Of a stretch of 64,000 bases of DNA, positions 36,841-46,525 are shown piece by piece. Source of the DNA: Pseudomonadota bacterium. GTDB lineage: Bacteria > Desulfobacterota > Desulfobacteria > Desulfobacterales > JBDRRP01. Below the pieces are notes generated by a model that saw only the letters and a program-made list of their open reading frames with translations, was not told the DNA's origin and searched no databases. A program made the translations under genes and the position numbers. The stretch covers positions 1 to 64,000 of the forward strand of contig JBDRRP010000025.1 in assembly GCA_043825735.1 (NCBI GenBank), read 5' to 3'. Numbering within the stretch: position 1 is the stretch's first letter; every line of letters starts with the position of its first letter.

Positions 36841-38921
36841 AACACCTGGCCTGGGTTCACTTCACCGGAACCATCCTCGCGACGACCATGGTCATCGCCG
36901 CGATGCTGATTGCCCATCACAGCGGCCTTCTCAAAGGGATGGATCGTTTCATCTACGATCTCCAGATCAGACTGACCGCAACCGGCGCTGTTTCAGACGA
37001 TGTGTTGCTGGTGCTCATGGATACTCAAAGCGCTGTTCGGCTTGACCGCCGCCGGGGCGGGTGGTCGCGGACGCACCTGTCCGCAGCATTGGATCATCTG
37101 TGCCGGTCCAACGCCGCCACCATCGGAATAGACCTGGTGCTGGCTGCGCCGGATCCCGACCCTGCTGCGGACGCCCGCCTCGCAGCGGCCATTGAACGTT
37201 GCGGCAATGTCGTTCTGGCCCGGGTGTCCGTTTCCGGAGGGCAGCCGGTACAGCCCCTGGCGCCATTTCTCAACGTCTCGGCCGGGGACGGATTCATCGA
37301 TCTTCCTCCTGACAGCGATGATGTATTGCGGCGGGTTCCCTTTTTCAACGCGGTGCCTGCCGGAGAAAGCGGGATCGAGCTGGTGCCGTCCTTTTCACTG
37401 GAGCTGGCCCGCGTATTTCGAGGTCTCAGCTATACGCCGGATTTTTCGGAGCCCGATTACCTGTACCTGGGTGACGATCCGAGCAAGCGGTTGCGGCTGC
37501 CCTATCCCGATCTGCTCATTCGCTTTACAGGTGACTATCGCAGTTTCGACCACGAGCCGTTTTCATCAGTAGTGGAAGGTCTCACCGATGCGTCTCGCAT
37601 TCAGGGAAAACTGGTTGTCATCGGCAGTCAATTGGCCATCGAAAAGGACTATTTCAGTACGCCCTTCTCCCGGTTTAATCGCATCGCCGCCACTGTGGCG
37701 GATAAATTCGGCACTGTCCTCAGCGGCGTACTCAGCGATAAGGACATTGGTGTGGCCTGTCAGGCAGCCGCCGCTCAAACCATTTTGAGCGGCAGTGCCA
37801 TCCGCCGCGCCGCCCCCCGTGCAACGGCCCTGTGGACCGCGGCGGCCGGGATCGCCGCAATGGTATTCTACCTGCCGGCCGTCGGTTCCCTGGCCGCGAC
37901 GCTCATCCTGGTGGCGGCACTTGCCGCCACCACCGCGGGCGGTGTTCTGGCCATGAATGCCGGGGGGATCTGGCTCGACACGGCGCCCGCCGCAGTTGCC
38001 GTAATTCTTCAATTTGTTTGCGGCACCGCTTTGCAAAAAACCCTGCAGCGGCGCCGAACCCGATGGCTGACCGATCTCTTCGGTAAATACGTATCACCGG
38101 AAGTTGCCGGTGAACTCATGAACAGCGATATGAGCGAAACCCTGGCTGGCGCCAGTCGAGACGTCACCCTGCTGTTTGCCGACTTGAGGGATTTCACCGC
38201 GCACAGCGAACGTCTCGGACCGGTAAAAACCCGGGCCCTGCTCAACCGGTATTTTCAGGCCATGATACCGCTGGTATTTGCCAACCGGGGAACCCTGGAC
38301 AAGCTCATGGGCGATGCGGTCATGGCATTTTTCGGCGCACCGCTTCAGCAACCGGATCACCCGGATCATGCCGCCGACTGTGCGCTGCAAATGGTGCGCG
38401 CTGTGAAGGCCCTGCAGTCCGATCCGGCGGAAGACGCACGGGAACTGCGCATGGGTGTGGGCATCAATTCGGGAAGCGCCATCGTCGGCAATTTGGGAAC
38501 CGACGCGTTCATGGACTACACGGCCATCGGCGATACGGTGAATCTGGCCTCGCGCCTGGAGGGGCTTAACAAACACTACGATACCCGGATCATCATCGGG
38601 CCGGAAACCTCCAGACGGCTCAGCCATCGCTTTGTCACCCGGCGTATAGACCGGGCACGCGTGGCCGGTCGGGATGCCCCGGCGGATATCTATGAATTGG
38701 TGGGCTACCGGTCCGAGTGCCCGGCGGATCTGCTGGAGGGTCTTAAAAATTACGAAAAGGCCCTTGCCGCCTATCAGGGAGGTGATCTTCAACTGGCGCT
38801 TCGACTCGCCGCCGATCTGCCCGATGACGGACCGGCCCGTTGGCTGACCCGGCGACTGACATCCGCCCAGCAATCGCCGGCCTGCGAGCCCTGCCTGTTC
38901 ACCGATTTTCAAACCAAATAA
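36837..38921 (+). CDS. CHASE2-domain class III adenylate/guanylate cyclase
   Basis: VLLVLMD, IGIDL, DSDDVLRR, TM segments, FGKYVSP, LFADLRDFT, DKLMGDA, DYTAIGDTVNLASRLE. Confidence 0.92.
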   Translation: MKHLAWVHFTGTILATTMVIAAMLIAHHSGLLKGMDRFIYDLQIRLTATGAVSDDVLLVLMDTQSAVRLDRRRGGWSRTHLSAALDHLCRSNAATIGIDLVLAAPDPDPAADARLAAAIERCGNVVLARVSVSGGQPVQPLAPFLNVSAGDGFIDLPPDSDDVLRRVPFFNAVPAGESGIELVPSFSLELARVFRGLSYTPDFSEPDYLYLGDDPSKRLRLPYPDLLIRFTGDYRSFDHEPFSSVVEGLTDASRIQGKLVVIGSQLAIEKDYFSTPFSRFNRIAATVADKFGTVLSGVLSDKDIGVACQAAAAQTILSGSAIRRAAPRATALWTAAAGIAAMVFYLPAVGSLAATLILVAALAATTAGGVLAMNAGGIWLDTAPAAVAVILQFVCGTALQKTLQRRRTRWLTDLFGKYVSPEVAGELMNSDMSETLAGASRDVTLLFADLRDFTAHSERLGPVKTRALLNRYFQAMIPLVFANRGTLDKLMGDAVMAFFGAPLQQPDHPDHAADCALQMVRAVKALQSDPAEDARELRMGVGINSGSAIVGNLGTDAFMDYTAIGDTVNLASRLEGLNKHYDTRIIIGPETSRRLSHRFVTRRIDRARVAGRDAPADIYELVGYRSECPADLLEGLKNYEKALAAYQGGDLQLALRLAADLPDDGPARWLTRRLTSAQQSPACEPCLFTDFQTK

Positions 38922-38970
38922 AACGAAAAAAGGGGTGCACGCTATCGTGCACCCCTTTTTTCGTTTTTTT
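38920..38970. terminator. Bidirectional intrinsic terminator
   Basis: AAAACGAAAAAAGGGGTGCAC...GTGCACCCCTTTTTTCGTTTT between the convergent cyclase and tRNA-Cys. Confidence 0.9.
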
Positions 38971-39044
38971 GGAGGCGGCACCCGGATTCGAACCGGGGAA
39001 TAAAGGCTTTGCAGGCCTCTGCCTTACCACTTGGCTATGCCGCC
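38970..39044 (-). tRNA. tRNA-Cys (GCA)
   Basis: GGCGGCATAGCCAAGTGGTAAGGC...CTGCAAA...GGTTCGAATCC...GCCGCCTCCA. Confidence 0.97.
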
Positions 39045-39052
39045 AATAAAAA

Positions 39053-39127
39053 TGGAGCGGGAAACGGGATTTGAACCCGCGACTTCGACCTTGGCAAGGT
39101 CGCACTCTACCACTGAGTTATTCCCGC
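39053..39127 (-). tRNA. tRNA-Gly (GCC)
   Basis: GCGGGAATAACTCAGTGGTAGAGT...TTGCCAA...GGTTCAAATCC...TCCCGCTCCA. Confidence 0.97.
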
Positions 39128-39179
39128 TCGTAAGCTGACCTTTTTAAAGTTGTTCTCATCCATTGTCAATAGAAAAAGG

Positions 39180-39743
39180 TCAGAATTTCAGCAGCTCACG
39201 GTACCGATAAAAGTAATCCGCCCCGGACCAGACGGTCATTACCAGTGCCCCCCACAGAAACGGCCCCCCGACGGCATTGAAATCGATTCCCAGATAGGTG
39301 TAATGTGCCAGCAAGGGAATGATGGCGGCAATCTGAAAACCGGTCTTGTACTTACCCAGACTCGACGAGGAGACGTCCTGACCGTCCACCACGACAAAAT
39401 TGCGCAGGCCGGTCACGGCCAGCTCCCGGCCGATAATGACGCATACCATCCACGCCGGCACCCATCCCAAGGAGGCCAGCATGATGAATGCTGACGACAC
39501 CAGCACCTTGTCCGCCAGCGGATCCATAATCTTTCCAAAATTGGACACCATACCACGGCTGCGCGCCAGAAACCCGTCGAAAAAATCGGTGATGGCGGCC
39601 GCGGCAAAAAGAATCGCGGCCAGAAATGTGCACAAGGGGTTGGGAAACAGCATCAACACGACGATCAACGGACAGGCCGCCAACCGTCCCAGGGTCAGGG
39701 TGTTGGGGTGACGCAGCCAGTTTTTTAACCTGTCGTTCGACAT
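39180..39743 (-). CDS. pgsA: CDP-diacylglycerol--glycerol-3-phosphate 3-phosphatidyltransferase
   Basis: PNTLT, TDFFDGFLAR...FGKIMDPLADK; followed by tRNA-Gly and tRNA-Cys. Confidence 0.96.
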   Translation of the reverse strand: MSNDRLKNWLRHPNTLTLGRLAACPLIVVLMLFPNPLCTFLAAILFAAAAITDFFDGFLARSRGMVSNFGKIMDPLADKVLVSSAFIMLASLGWVPAWMVCVIIGRELAVTGLRNFVVVDGQDVSSSSLGKYKTGFQIAAIIPLLAHYTYLGIDFNAVGGPFLWGALVMTVWSGADYFYRYRELLKF

Positions 39744-39759
39744 GATGTTGAATCCAACT

Positions 39760-40010
39760 CGTTAGGATCGTTGGGATCGTTTGGATCGTTTGGATCGGGC
39801 AGCTGTTGAGCTGTTAGGCTGTTGGCTTAACAGCTTATTAGCCATCAGCTTATCAGCTGATTTTTTCGGCCGAAGGCCGCCAATCCCTATCTGCGTTTAT
39901 CTGCGTCCCATTCTGCAGTTGCAGTTGCCCTTGCGGCGCAGCCGCCCATCTGTGTAATCTGCGCAATCTGCGGTTAATTCTCTTTGCAGTTGCTGTTCCG
40001 GCCGGCCACC
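39760..40010 (-). repeat. Composite repeat: 4 x 9-bp AACGATCCN next to the pgsA start, heptamer repeats, CGGCCGAAGGCCG and ATCTGCG modules
   Basis: Direct reading; same module order as the other composite spacers. Confidence 0.8.
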
Positions 40011-40025
40011 ATCCCAACGTCCAGT

Positions 40026-40670
40026 TTATTTTTTCGATTTCGCATGATCCGCCAGAAATGCCGCCAGTCCCTTGTCGGTCAGGGGGTGGGCAGCAAGTTT
40101 GGCCAGCACGCTGAACGGAATGGTAGCGATATCGGCCCCGAGCAGGGCAGAATCGAGCACGTGGAGCGGATTGCGCACGCTGGCCACGATGATTTCGGTC
40201 TGATAGCCGTAGTTGCTGAAAATTTCTGAAATCTGCTCAATCACCTGCATCCCGTCGTGAGCCAGATCGTCCAGACGTCCCACAAAGGGGCTCACGAAGG
40301 TAGCGCCGGCTTTGGCGGCCATCAGCGCCTGGAGTGGTGAAAAGACAAGGGTGACGTTGGTCTTGATGTTCTCCCCGGTCAGGGTGCGGGTCGCCTTGAT
40401 GCCGGCCACCGTCATCGGCAGCTTCACCACGACGTTTTCATGGATGGCCGCCAACTTGCGCGCTTCCGCCACCATCCCCTCATAGTCTGTGCTGATCACT
40501 TCAGCACTCACCGGGCCATCCACGATTTCACAAATCTCTTTGATAACGGTTTCCAGATCCCGCCCTTCCTTGGCGATCAATGAAGGGTTGGTGGTGACAC
40601 CATCCACCATACCCATGGCAGTGGCTTCTTTGATCTCGGCGATATTGGCGGTATCCAGAAAAAATTTCAT
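40026..40670 (-). CDS. fsa: Transaldolase / fructose-6-phosphate aldolase family
   Basis: [45 protein letters not shown]. Confidence 0.92.
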   Translation of the reverse strand: MKFFLDTANIAEIKEATAMGMVDGVTTNPSLIAKEGRDLETVIKEICEIVDGPVSAEVISTDYEGMVAEARKLAAIHENVVVKLPMTVAGIKATRTLTGENIKTNVTLVFSPLQALMAAKAGATFVSPFVGRLDDLAHDGMQVIEQISEIFSNYGYQTEIIVASVRNPLHVLDSALLGADIATIPFSVLAKLAAHPLTDKGLAAFLADHAKSKK

Positions 40671-40695
40671 TGGTGATCCTCCATCATGTGTTGCA

Positions 40696-40950
40696 TTATT
40701 GTTTATTGCTTAAATATTTGTTTTTACATTCATTGCTACAAAAAATAATCTCTTCACCACCGCGCTGTACAGTCACACCTTCACGCTTGGGGAAATAGAC
40801 ACCGCACACGGGATCCTGAACCATGACGTCGATACCGGCGTCCCCTGGGCGCTGAACGGTACGGCGCCCACCACCGCCAACTGCCGGTGAAACGGATTTC
40901 ACCAGCCGCCAGGCCACATAGAGCACGCCGATGAGGATGAGCCATCTCAT
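40696..40950 (-). CDS. Small membrane-anchored YHS/TRASH-like protein
   Basis: N-terminal TM segment; DPVCGVY...FCSNEC. Confidence 0.78.
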   Translation of the reverse strand: MRWLILIGVLYVAWRLVKSVSPAVGGGGRRTVQRPGDAGIDVMVQDPVCGVYFPKREGVTVQRGGEEIIFCSNECKNKYLSNKQ

Positions 40951-41504
40951 AACAGAGGGATAATTCCCTGTTCAGGATCGTCTATATTATCGAGAAGATA
41001 GCGAACCGTCTGGTTGAAAACCGGATGGATGAATGCCGGGTCTATATCACAGATCGGCTGCAACACAAAGCGCCTTTTATGCATGCGGGGGTGCGGCACT
41101 TCCAGGCGTTCGGTGACCAGCGTCCTGCGCTCGTAGAAAATGATATCCAGGTCGATGGAACGCGGGCCGAACCGGACCCCGCCGGCCTGCCGGCCAAGTG
41201 CCACCTCAATGGCTTTGAGACAGTCCAGCAGGTCATGGGGCGAAAAGCGCGTCTCGATAAGAATGGCGCTGTTCACGAACCAGTCCTGGTCAGTGTAGTC
41301 CACAGGGGCGGTCCGGTAAAACCGTGAAGCAGCCACTGCCCTGACATCCGGCTGCCCTGTAAGCCTCCGGACAGCCTCGCGGCAATTGGCCAGCTTGTCG
41401 CCAAGGTTTGACCCGACGGCAACGAAAACCGGATGCCATCGATGGCCGTTCTCGCTTTCCGGTGATCGAGAACGACGCGGCGCGGCCCCCATCAATAGCC
41501 CCAC
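40947..41504 (-). CDS. folK: 2-amino-4-hydroxy-6-hydroxymethyldihydropteridine diphosphokinase
   Basis: VGSNLG, GPRSIDLDII, VPHPRMHKRRFVL; start uncertain. Confidence 0.95.
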   Translation of the reverse strand: MGLLMGAAPRRSRSPESENGHRWHPVFVAVGSNLGDKLANCREAVRRLTGQPDVRAVAASRFYRTAPVDYTDQDWFVNSAILIETRFSPHDLLDCLKAIEVALGRQAGGVRFGPRSIDLDIIFYERRTLVTERLEVPHPRMHKRRFVLQPICDIDPAFIHPVFNQTVRYLLDNIDDPEQGIIPLL

Positions 41505-42334
41505 GCTTCTGGTGAAAGCTTTCCGGTGTAAATGATACGGGCATCCCCTTCCATGAACACGGGGCCGAATCCCTCATCGGTATCGTTGAAATAAATAACC
41601 AGCAAGGCTCCGCTGCGCGTCTTCATGCGAATGGGCGAGCGCATGCCGAACCGCCGTGAGGCAGCCAGCGCACCGGCCACCGCGCCGGTACCACAGGCCA
41701 GGGTTTCGTCTTCCACCCCCCGCTCGTAGGTGCGGATCGCCACGGCCCCCTCGCCGATGGGCTGGATAAAGTTGGCATTGGTGCCGGCCGGGGAAAACCG
41801 ATCGTGTCGACGGATCCGGCGCCCCAGGTCCACCACATTAACGGCGGCGATGTCGGTGACCGGCACCACGGCGTGGGGCACCCCGGTGTTGATAAAACTG
41901 TAGGCCACCGTATCTCCGCCGGCCAGAGAAAGCCTCGCATCGCTCTCCAAAGGTGAGGGGTCGGTCATCCGGACCCTGACCACGCTGTCGGTCACATGGG
42001 CTTCTATGGGGCCGGCAGCGGTGATAAACACCATGCGCTCGCCGGCGATACCGTTGAGAACCGCGAACCGGGCGGCGCACCGGGCGCCGTTGCCGCACAT
42101 CTCCGCCATGCCCCCGTCGGAATTGTAAAAACGCCAACGGAAATCGGCATCCGGGTCCGCTTCAATGAGGATGAGCCCGTCTGACCCGACGGAAAGTTTC
42201 CGGCAGCAAAGCTTTCTGGTGATCATGGCCATGTCATGGCCGTCCATGACGCCGCCGCGGTTGTCGATGATAATGAAATCGTTGCCGGCGCCGCTCATTT
42301 TCCAAAATGGGATGGTGTCGGTATCATTTGGCAT
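41492..42334 (-). CDS. dapF: Diaminopimelate epimerase
   Basis: KMSGAGNDF, EMCGNG, TGVPH, ERGVEDETLACGTG. Confidence 0.96.
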   Translation of the reverse strand: MPNDTDTIPFWKMSGAGNDFIIIDNRGGVMDGHDMAMITRKLCCRKLSVGSDGLILIEADPDADFRWRFYNSDGGMAEMCGNGARCAARFAVLNGIAGERMVFITAAGPIEAHVTDSVVRVRMTDPSPLESDARLSLAGGDTVAYSFINTGVPHAVVPVTDIAAVNVVDLGRRIRRHDRFSPAGTNANFIQPIGEGAVAIRTYERGVEDETLACGTGAVAGALAASRRFGMRSPIRMKTRSGALLVIYFNDTDEGFGPVFMEGDARIIYTGKLSPEAWGY

Positions 42335-42374
42335 GACCGGACTCCTCAATTGGAATCACCGAATGCTCAATTCT

Positions 42375-42507
42375 GATAAATCCGTAAAAAGTGATTTTGA
42401 ACCACAGAGACCGCAGCGGGCCGCAGAGAATATTATGAATAATTAATAAGTTATCTCTGCGCTCTCTGCGTACTCTGTGGTGATTTCAGACTTTTTATGA
42501 GTTTGTC
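42375..42507. mobile_element. MITE-like element, family A (CACAGAG cargo)
   Basis: Near-identical reverse complement of 8-140. Confidence 0.75.
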
Positions 42508-42513
42508 AATATT

Positions 42514-42644
42514 GATAAAGCCGTAAAAAAGCAATTTTCTCGCAAAGACGCTAAGCACGCCAAGAAAAACCCAATTAATATTAATGGGTTGTCTTTGCGA
42601 TCTTTGCGGCTTTGCGAGAGATCCCGACTTTTTACGGATTCATC
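42514..42644. mobile_element. MITE-like element, family A (CGCAAAG cargo), in tandem with the previous copy
   Basis: AATATT duplicated at 42508-42513 and 42645-42650. Confidence 0.75.
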
Positions 42645-42815
42645 AATATTGCTTGTTGAACAGGTTTTTTGAGATAACGCCCACAGCCTGTCCCACCATC
42701 GCTGCGCGCTCCGGGGGACGGGGCGGTCCTTTTCGACCACATCCGGAAAAGACAACAACGGCCAGCCCACAGATGAGGATGGCGAGTACCAGGCGCCGAA
42801 TTCGGAAAAGATGAA

Positions 42816-44225
42816 TCATAGCCGGAACACCGGTATGCGCTCCTGATCTGCGGAAAGACGCGCTTCAGCCATAATAATGGCATCACGGACATTTTCTGCA
42901 GATGTTCCGCCATAGGAGGATCGACGACTCACCATGCTCTCGGGGGTCAACAGGGCGTAGACATCCTTTTTAATGAATTTGGAAAATGTCTTGAGATCCT
43001 TCAGCGGCATTTCATGGAGCTCGACACCCTGGGACACGGCGTGCGCCACGGCACCGCCGGCCACGCTGTGAGCCTTTCGAAACGGCATTCCCTGGGTAAC
43101 GAGGTAGTCGGCAAGGTCGGTGGCGTTCTGATAGCCCCGAGAAGCCGCCGCCAGCATGATGTCACGGTTGAACGTGATGGTGGGCAGCATTCGAATATGA
43201 ATGTCGATCACGGCCTTTACAGTGTCCACGGTATCGAACAGCGGTTCCTTGTCTTCCTGCATGTCCCGGTTGTAGGCCAGCGGCAGGGATTTCATGAGCA
43301 TGAGCAACGATACCAGGTTGCCGGTCACCCGCCCGCTCTTGCCGCGGCTCAATTCAGAAATGTCGGGGTTTTTCTTTTGGGGCATGATGCTGCTGCCAGT
43401 TGAATAGGCATCGGCCAGTTCGATGAAACGGAACTCCGCCGATGCCCAAAGGATCAACTCCTCCGACAGACGGCTGAAATGAATCATACAGATGGCTGCC
43501 GCCGAAAGAAATTCCATCACGAAATCCCGATCGGCCACCGAGTCCATGCTGTTATCCGAAACCGCAGGAAAATCAAGTAGTTCAGCCACATAGTGGCGAT
43601 CGATGGGATAGGTGGTGCCGGCCAGGGCAGCGGCACCCAGCGGCATCACGTTGATCCGTGTCAGCGCATCGAACATCCGCGCCGCATCCCGGCTGAACAT
43701 TTCAAAATAGGCCATGAGGTGGTGGGCCAAAAGCACCGGCTGAGCGCGTTGGAGGTGAGTGTATCCGGGCAAAATGACATCCATGTGGTCCTTGGCAACG
43801 CCAATGATGGCTTCCCTAAGCGCCACCAGCCCCCGGATGATGTCGACGGTTTCTTTTCGCAGGTACATGCGCACATCCAGCGCCACCTGGTCGTTTCGGC
43901 TACGGGCGGTGTGCAGCTCCTGAGCCGCCTTTCCCACCAATTGCAGCAACCGGGTTTCCACATGCATGTGGATGTCTTCCAGACTGTCGTCGAAAAGAAA
44001 GTCCCCCCGCTCGATCTCCCGCTGAACGGTGCTTAGCCCCTCCACCAGGGTCATGGCCGTCTCCTGGCTGATGATACCCACCTTGGCCAGCATCCGGCAG
44101 TGGGCCACACTGCCGGCGATGTCGTAGGCGTAAAGCCGACTGTCAAATGCAATGGACGATGTGAACGCCTCCACGCTGTGGTGGGTTTTTTCCGCAAACC
44201 GACCTTGCCATAACTTTTCGCTCAT
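42816..44225 (-). CDS. argH: Argininosuccinate lyase
   Basis: LWQGRF, EDIH, HTARSRNDQ, PGYTHLQ, GSSIMPQKKNPD, YNRDMQEDK. Confidence 0.98.
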   Translation of the reverse strand: MSEKLWQGRFAEKTHHSVEAFTSSIAFDSRLYAYDIAGSVAHCRMLAKVGIISQETAMTLVEGLSTVQREIERGDFLFDDSLEDIHMHVETRLLQLVGKAAQELHTARSRNDQVALDVRMYLRKETVDIIRGLVALREAIIGVAKDHMDVILPGYTHLQRAQPVLLAHHLMAYFEMFSRDAARMFDALTRINVMPLGAAALAGTTYPIDRHYVAELLDFPAVSDNSMDSVADRDFVMEFLSAAAICMIHFSRLSEELILWASAEFRFIELADAYSTGSSIMPQKKNPDISELSRGKSGRVTGNLVSLLMLMKSLPLAYNRDMQEDKEPLFDTVDTVKAVIDIHIRMLPTITFNRDIMLAAASRGYQNATDLADYLVTQGMPFRKAHSVAGGAVAHAVSQGVELHEMPLKDLKTFSKFIKKDVYALLTPESMVSRRSSYGGTSAENVRDAIIMAEARLSADQERIPVFRL

Positions 44226-44339
44226 AGCGCACCCCTTAAGTATCTTTCACCAAATAGGCTTTGCGGTACTCAAAAATTCAAAATCAGAATAGATTTTTCT
44301 GGTTATGAGCGACTTTCAAGCTGGGGTTTTGGCTGTTTT

Positions 44340-44566
44340 GTAGGGGAGGGGTTTACATCCCCTCCCGCAATCGGCCAAGATTGATGAAACCGTAAAAAGT
44401 GATTTTGAACCGCAGTGAGCGCAGAGAATATGTTCAATAAATGGGTTACCTCTGTGATCTCTGCGTCCTCTGTGGTGATTTGAGCCTTTTTACCTGGCCA
44501 TCAAGATTACACCCCAATCGTTCGTGTTCTCACCGATCACGGGCGGGGATAAACCCCGCGCCCTAC
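44340..44566. repeat. Inverted pair of GTAG-type REP sequences (REPIN-like)
   Basis: GTAGGGGAGGGGTTTACATCCCCTCCCG and inverted CGGGCGGGGATAAACCCCGCGCCCTAC. Confidence 0.7.
44383..44502. mobile_element. MITE-like element, family A, nested in the REP pair
   Basis: AAGATT duplicated at 44377-44382 and 44503-44508. Confidence 0.72.
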
Positions 44567-44779
44567 TCAATCCGACGTTAAACGCACCACTGGATGACTC
44601 ACCACGAAAATCATAAAAAAAGATATCACCACGGGATGAGATTCCACTGAAGCTTTTTGAATAAGCGTTAAAATGTAATTATAACAACTTAATACTAAAG
44701 AATCTTCGTGCCCTTCGTGAACTTCGTGGTGATCAAAAATGGCACTGCAGGCTCATGGAGACCCGGAATAGGTAATGCG

Positions 44780-45982
44780 CTACCCGTTCAGCAGTTTGTT
44801 GATCCTGAGCCGCAGGGCGTTTAGCCGGATGAATCCCTCGGCATCGCGCTGGCGGTAGACGTCATCGGTCTCGAAGGTGGCATGATCCACGCTGTAGAGC
44901 GATTTCTCGCTGCGACGCCCCACCACCATACAAGCGCCCTTGTACAGGCGCAACCGCACCTCGCCGCTGACGTTTCGCTGGGTCTGATCGATGAGGGTCT
45001 GCAGGGTTTCCCGCTCGGGTGAGAACCAGAACCCGTTATAGATGGCGGCGGCATACCGCGGCACCAGGGAGTCTCTAAGATGCATGACTTCCCGGTCCAG
45101 GGTAATGGACTCCATGTTGAGATGGGCGTGACGCAGGATGGTACCGCCGGGGGTTTCATAAACGCCGCGCGACTTCATGCCAACATATCGGTTTTCCACC
45201 AGATCAACCCGACCGATGCCATGCTTGCCTCCCAGCCGGTTGAGTTCGGTGAGCAGTGCGGCTGGTGACAACACCTTATCGTTGACCGCCACGGCGTCAC
45301 CTTTTTCGAAACGGATGATGACCTCTTCAAATTTATCCGGTGCGTCCTGCGGCGACACGCTGAGCGTAAACAGATCATCGGGGGGAGCTGCCCAGGGGTC
45401 TTCAAGGATGCCCCCTTCGTAGCTGATGTGCAGCAGGTTGCGGTCGGTGCTGTACGGCTTGGCGTGGGTGGTGGGCACCGCGATGCCGTGCTTTTCGGCA
45501 AAGGCCATGAGGGCCGTGCGCGAAGTCAGATCCCATTCGCGCCACGGGGCGATGATTTTGATATGCGGGTTGATCGCCAGGTAGGCCAACTCAAAGCGGA
45601 CCTGGTCGTTTCCCTTGCCCGTAGCACCGTGGCTCACCGCATCCGCCCCTTCGGCCATTGCGATCTCCATCTGGCGCTTGGCGATGAGGGGACGCGCCAG
45701 AGACGTGCCCAGCAGGTACTGTCCTTCGTAAAGAACGTTGGCCCTAAAGGCCGGGAATACGTAATCGGTGACAAACTCCTCGGTGAGGTCTTCGATGTAA
45801 ATCTTGGACGCTCCGGTTTTCTCGGCGTTGCGGCGCACCGTATCCACTTCGTCGCCCTGACCGATGTCCGCCGAAAAGGTGATGACCTCGCAGTGGTAGG
45901 TTTCGATGAGCCATTTCAAAATCACCGACGTATCCAGCCCGCCGGAATATGCCAGCACCACTTTGTTAATGGATGTACTCAA
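44780..45982 (-). CDS. argG: Argininosuccinate synthase
   Basis: [36 protein letters not shown] start chosen after AGGAG. Confidence 0.98.
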   Translation of the reverse strand: MSTSINKVVLAYSGGLDTSVILKWLIETYHCEVITFSADIGQGDEVDTVRRNAEKTGASKIYIEDLTEEFVTDYVFPAFRANVLYEGQYLLGTSLARPLIAKRQMEIAMAEGADAVSHGATGKGNDQVRFELAYLAINPHIKIIAPWREWDLTSRTALMAFAEKHGIAVPTTHAKPYSTDRNLLHISYEGGILEDPWAAPPDDLFTLSVSPQDAPDKFEEVIIRFEKGDAVAVNDKVLSPAALLTELNRLGGKHGIGRVDLVENRYVGMKSRGVYETPGGTILRHAHLNMESITLDREVMHLRDSLVPRYAAAIYNGFWFSPERETLQTLIDQTQRNVSGEVRLRLYKGACMVVGRRSEKSLYSVDHATFETDDVYRQRDAEGFIRLNALRLRINKLLNG

Positions 45983-45999
45983 TTCGTGTCTCCTCAAGT

Positions 46000-46230
46000 T
46001 GGTTCGTTGGGATCGTTTGGATCGTTTGGATCGTTTGGATCGTTAGGATCGTTGGGATCGTTGGGATCGTTGGGATCGTTGGGATCGTTGGGATCGTTGG
46101 GATCGTTTGGATCGTTTGGATCGTTTGGATCGTTGGGATCGTTGGGATCGTTGGGATCGTTATGATCGTTATGAGCGTTATGAGCGTTTGGATCGTTGAG
46201 ATCGTTTAGCCCGTTTGGTTCGTTTGGTCC
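46000..46230 (-). repeat. 9-bp tandem array (AACGATCCN)n, about 25 units, abutting the argG RBS
   Basis: GGATCGTT(T/G/A) repeats on the plus strand. Confidence 0.95.
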
Positions 46231-46244
46231 GATTGGACTGATCA

Positions 46245-46525
46245 GTTCGCAGGCCGCCAATCTGCGTTATCCGCGGTGAATTCGCAGTGGTAGCTGGTTT
46301 TAGTTTTTGGTGTTTTAGTCATCTGCTTGCCGGCCGTAGCTATTTATAGCGAAGGCTGGTCATCTGCCATCTGTCATCTGCCCTCTGGCCGTTCGGCCGC
46401 AGGCCGTCCATCTGCGTCATCCGCGTCATCTGCGGTTAATTCTCTTTGCAGTTGCTGTTCGGCCGAAGGCCGCTTTTCACCGTCCGCGCCTGTCTGCGTT
46501 CGTCTTCGTTCGTCTGCGGTTAACT
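46245..46525 (-). repeat. Composite repeat modules between argD and argG
   Basis: ATCTGCG...GCGGTTAATTCTCTTTGCAGTTGCTGTTCGGCCGAAGGCCGC; TCATCTG heptamers. Confidence 0.8.

Noticed and set aside
38970..39127. tRNA-anchored genomic island
   Set aside because: No integrase next to the tRNAs and no duplicated tRNA 3' end was seen in the window.
42495..42913. Short ORFs in the argH-dapF spacer
   Set aside because: They run through family A elements or overlap the argH 3' end, and show no coding signal.
45994..46260. (NDP)n / (GSL)n / (DRW)n repeat ORFs, including the in-frame NDP extension of amrS (30738-31091) and the NAP extension at 35383
   Set aside because: A stop-poor 9-bp repeat stays open in several frames. 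AAC and GAT do not show synonymous AAT/GAC variants, and a plausible RBS or start follows each array. A translated leader is not formally excluded.
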